Positions 53,373 through 54,917 of a stretch of 54,917 nt of DNA are shown here, piece by piece. The DNA is from a virus. Taxonomy: Duplodnaviria; Caudoviricetes. The notes beneath the pieces are model-generated. The model was not told the origin of the DNA. It ran no database searches and saw nothing but the letters and a program-made list of their open reading frames with translations. Numbering within the stretch: position 1 is the first letter of the stretch; the number at the start of each line of letters is the position of its first letter. The stretch lies in IMG/VR virus record IMGVR_UViG_3300049983_000006, positions 1 to 54,917 of that record. The stretch is one strand, 5' to 3'. The position numbers and the translations under genes were made by a program.

Positions 53373-53792
53373 TCAGACCACCGCCTTTGCCGGTACGTCC
53401 TGCCCACAGAAAGGGCAGTGGCCATCGACTGCAAGATTTTCGGAAGCAGCGACCCGCGAGAGACCATCGCCGCCCCCTTCACTGCTCTTCGACGGAACCC
53501 CAGAGGTAGGAGAACAAGTATCGGTCTCTGCTCGCGGGTCGAAGTCTTGGGGTGATTGGAGGAAGGTCTTCTCGAGCCAGGTGCAGATGCCCTCGGCCAC
53601 GTCCTCGGCAGACGCGAGCGCAAGGTCCCACTGACCAGCGACCAGCGCGATCTGCTCGCCCAAGGGTCCGTCAATGCGATACCGGCGTCCCTCTTGGGTG
53701 ACTAGCTCTGCTTTGGCCCGCTCCTGGATCTCTCGGATCAGGGACTCTCGGGTGGAGAGCTTGCCCGTAGCGATGTCCTTGAGCTCGGGCAT
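53373..53792 (-). CDS. Hypothetical protein with C-terminal CPFCG
   Basis: 139-aa ORF abutting both neighbours. Confidence 0.65.
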   Translation of the reverse strand: MPELKDIATGKLSTRESLIREIQERAKAELVTQEGRRYRIDGPLGEQIALVAGQWDLALASAEDVAEGICTWLEKTFLQSPQDFDPRAETDTCSPTSGVPSKSSEGGGDGLSRVAASENLAVDGHCPFCGQDVPAKAVV

Positions 53793-53888
53793 CTAGAGAC
53801 GCCCCTTGGAAGCGAGGTAGGCAAGGAAGAAACCGCAGCAGCTCCACCCGGCAGCGAAGAAGACCCCGTGTACGAACCAGGGATCCAT
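53793..53888 (-). CDS. 31-aa TM microprotein
   Basis: MDPWFVHGVFFAAGWSCCGFFLAYLASKGRL; TGATG coupling. Confidence 0.55.
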   Translation of the reverse strand: MDPWFVHGVFFAAGWSCCGFFLAYLASKGRL

Positions 53889-53986
53889 CAGGACCACCAC
53901 CGCCCAGATCCAATGGCGTAGATCGCAATACAAGCTGCTGCGATGCCGAGCAGGAGGAGGATGAGCTTGGCGGTGCGCTTGCTCAT
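53888..53986 (-). CDS. 32-aa TM microprotein
   Basis: MSKRTAKLILLLLGIAAACIAIYAIGSGRWWS; ATGA coupling. Confidence 0.55.
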   Translation of the reverse strand: MSKRTAKLILLLLGIAAACIAIYAIGSGRWWS

Positions 53987-54096
53987 AGCGCCCCTGCCTG
54001 CCCAAGTTCGATTATCGTGACCAGGGCGAAGAGGACGAGGGCGCCGGCGGTGAGGATCGCCAAGGCGACGAGCTGATTCCGAGTCGGATCAGGCAT
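53983..54096 (-). CDS. 37-aa TM microprotein
   Basis: MPDPTRNQLVALAILTAGALVLFALVTIIELGQAGAL. Confidence 0.55.
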   Translation of the reverse strand: MPDPTRNQLVALAILTAGALVLFALVTIIELGQAGAL

Positions 54097-54196
54097 CGAC
54101 GCCCCCTACCTGCTGTTCAACCAGAAGGCACCAGGCCATCAACTGGAAGATGGGTCGAATTGTCCACGTGAAGACGACAGCGGCGAGCGGGTTCAT
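54089..54196 (-). CDS. 35-aa hydrophobic microprotein
   Basis: MNPLAAVVFTWTIRPIFQLMAWCLLVEQQVGGVDA; ATGA coupling. Confidence 0.5.
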   Translation of the reverse strand: MNPLAAVVFTWTIRPIFQLMAWCLLVEQQVGGVDA

Positions 54197-54621
54197 GCTG
54201 CCACCTGCTTGGGAAAGCGAGGATCCTTCAGCCGACGCCTGTACGGCAGGTCATAGCCAAGCTTGCGAAGCTGATGAAACTCAACTGAAACGCGTTCGAA
54301 GCTCCAATCCAGTCGCGCGGCTATCTCTTTGACCGTGAGGCCCTGCGCCCACCACTCGACGATCTTTCTCGCGCGGTTGTCGACCCGCTCGGCAAGGTGA
54401 AGCTGGTGGCAGGTGATGCAGCGATGGGCCCCCCTCCATTTGGAGCCTTGGCCGAGGTCGACTCCACAGTCCTCGCATGCAGAGCGACCGACCGTTTCCG
54501 CACATCGGCGCCGGCGCTCGCGTTCGGCCAGCACGCGACACTCCTCACCGCAGTACTTGGTCTTGTGGTGGGTCGGCCGGAACGCGTTCTCGCACCACGC
54601 GCAATTCATCTCGCGCGTCAT
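54193..54621 (-). CDS. Zn-finger plus HTH DNA-binding protein
   Basis: Four CxxC/CxxxC pairs followed by WAQGLTVKEIAARL...LRKLG. Confidence 0.75.
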   Translation of the reverse strand: MTREMNCAWCENAFRPTHHKTKYCGEECRVLAERERRRRCAETVGRSACEDCGVDLGQGSKWRGAHRCITCHQLHLAERVDNRARKIVEWWAQGLTVKEIAARLDWSFERVSVEFHQLRKLGYDLPYRRRLKDPRFPKQVAA

Positions 54622-54917
54622 GCCGCACTCGCTTCGTCAACCACCAGCGCGTAGTAGTGCTCAAGCGCACCGCGGCGGGCGACCGAGTCCACCAGCCTGA
54701 TTAAGCCGGCCTTACCCAGCTCTTTGACGTGGTAGCAGACGTTCCCCAACGGTTCCTGCAGCTCGAAGGCCAACTCGTTCGGAGACATCGCCCGACCGTT
54801 GTCGATCGTCAGTAGGTCCAAGATCCCGACTCGGGTCTTGTGGATTGAGGCTCGGGCGACCTTCTCCCAGTTGATCTGCAGAATGCCGCGGCTGCCGCGA
54901 ATGATCGTTCGCGTCAT
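54618..54917 (-). CDS. ArsR-like wHTH transcription regulator
   Basis: HKTRVGIL...SPNELA...LGNVCYHVKEL...RRGALEHYY. Confidence 0.85.
   Translation of the reverse strand: MTRTIIRGSRGILQINWEKVARASIHKTRVGILDLLTIDNGRAMSPNELAFELQEPLGNVCYHVKELGKAGLIRLVDSVARRGALEHYYALVVDEASAA

Overview
The whole window is a high-GC temperate siphovirus genome segment, with almost all genes on the minus strand. The host is probably an actinobacterium of the Thermoleophilia/Solirubrobacterales type; this is inferred from protein motifs and not proven. Read from right to left (the transcription direction), it holds: early genes (wHTH regulators, ERF recombinase, replication initiator plus DnaC-like loader, mIHF-like protein, adenine methyltransferase, tRNA-Ser(GCT), ASCH protein and many small mosaic ORFs); a large serine recombinase; a miniature RF2 (prfB)-like protein; a four-gene amino-sugar synthesis and glycosyltransferase operon; HNH, putative cos, TerS/TerL, portal, S49 protease and HK97-type capsid; neck and tail genes; a tape measure carrying RlpA-like and NlpC/P60-like domains; a Dit; a 1644-aa LamG/GH26/FN3/hub tail protein; two plus-strand secreted morons; and small membrane genes. 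No repressor or stand-alone endolysin is recognisable in the window. The most striking observations are (1) a 112-aa 'decoding-only' release factor 2 that keeps the SPF motif but lacks domain 1 and the GGQ domain, (2) a self-contained 3-amino/acetamido-sugar plus GT operon next to the packaging genes, (3) a candidate attP inside the 3' end of the integrase, and (4) a repeated gene-junction sequence and a tRNA overlapped by two ORFs. All family assignments come from motif recognition by eye, with no database search.
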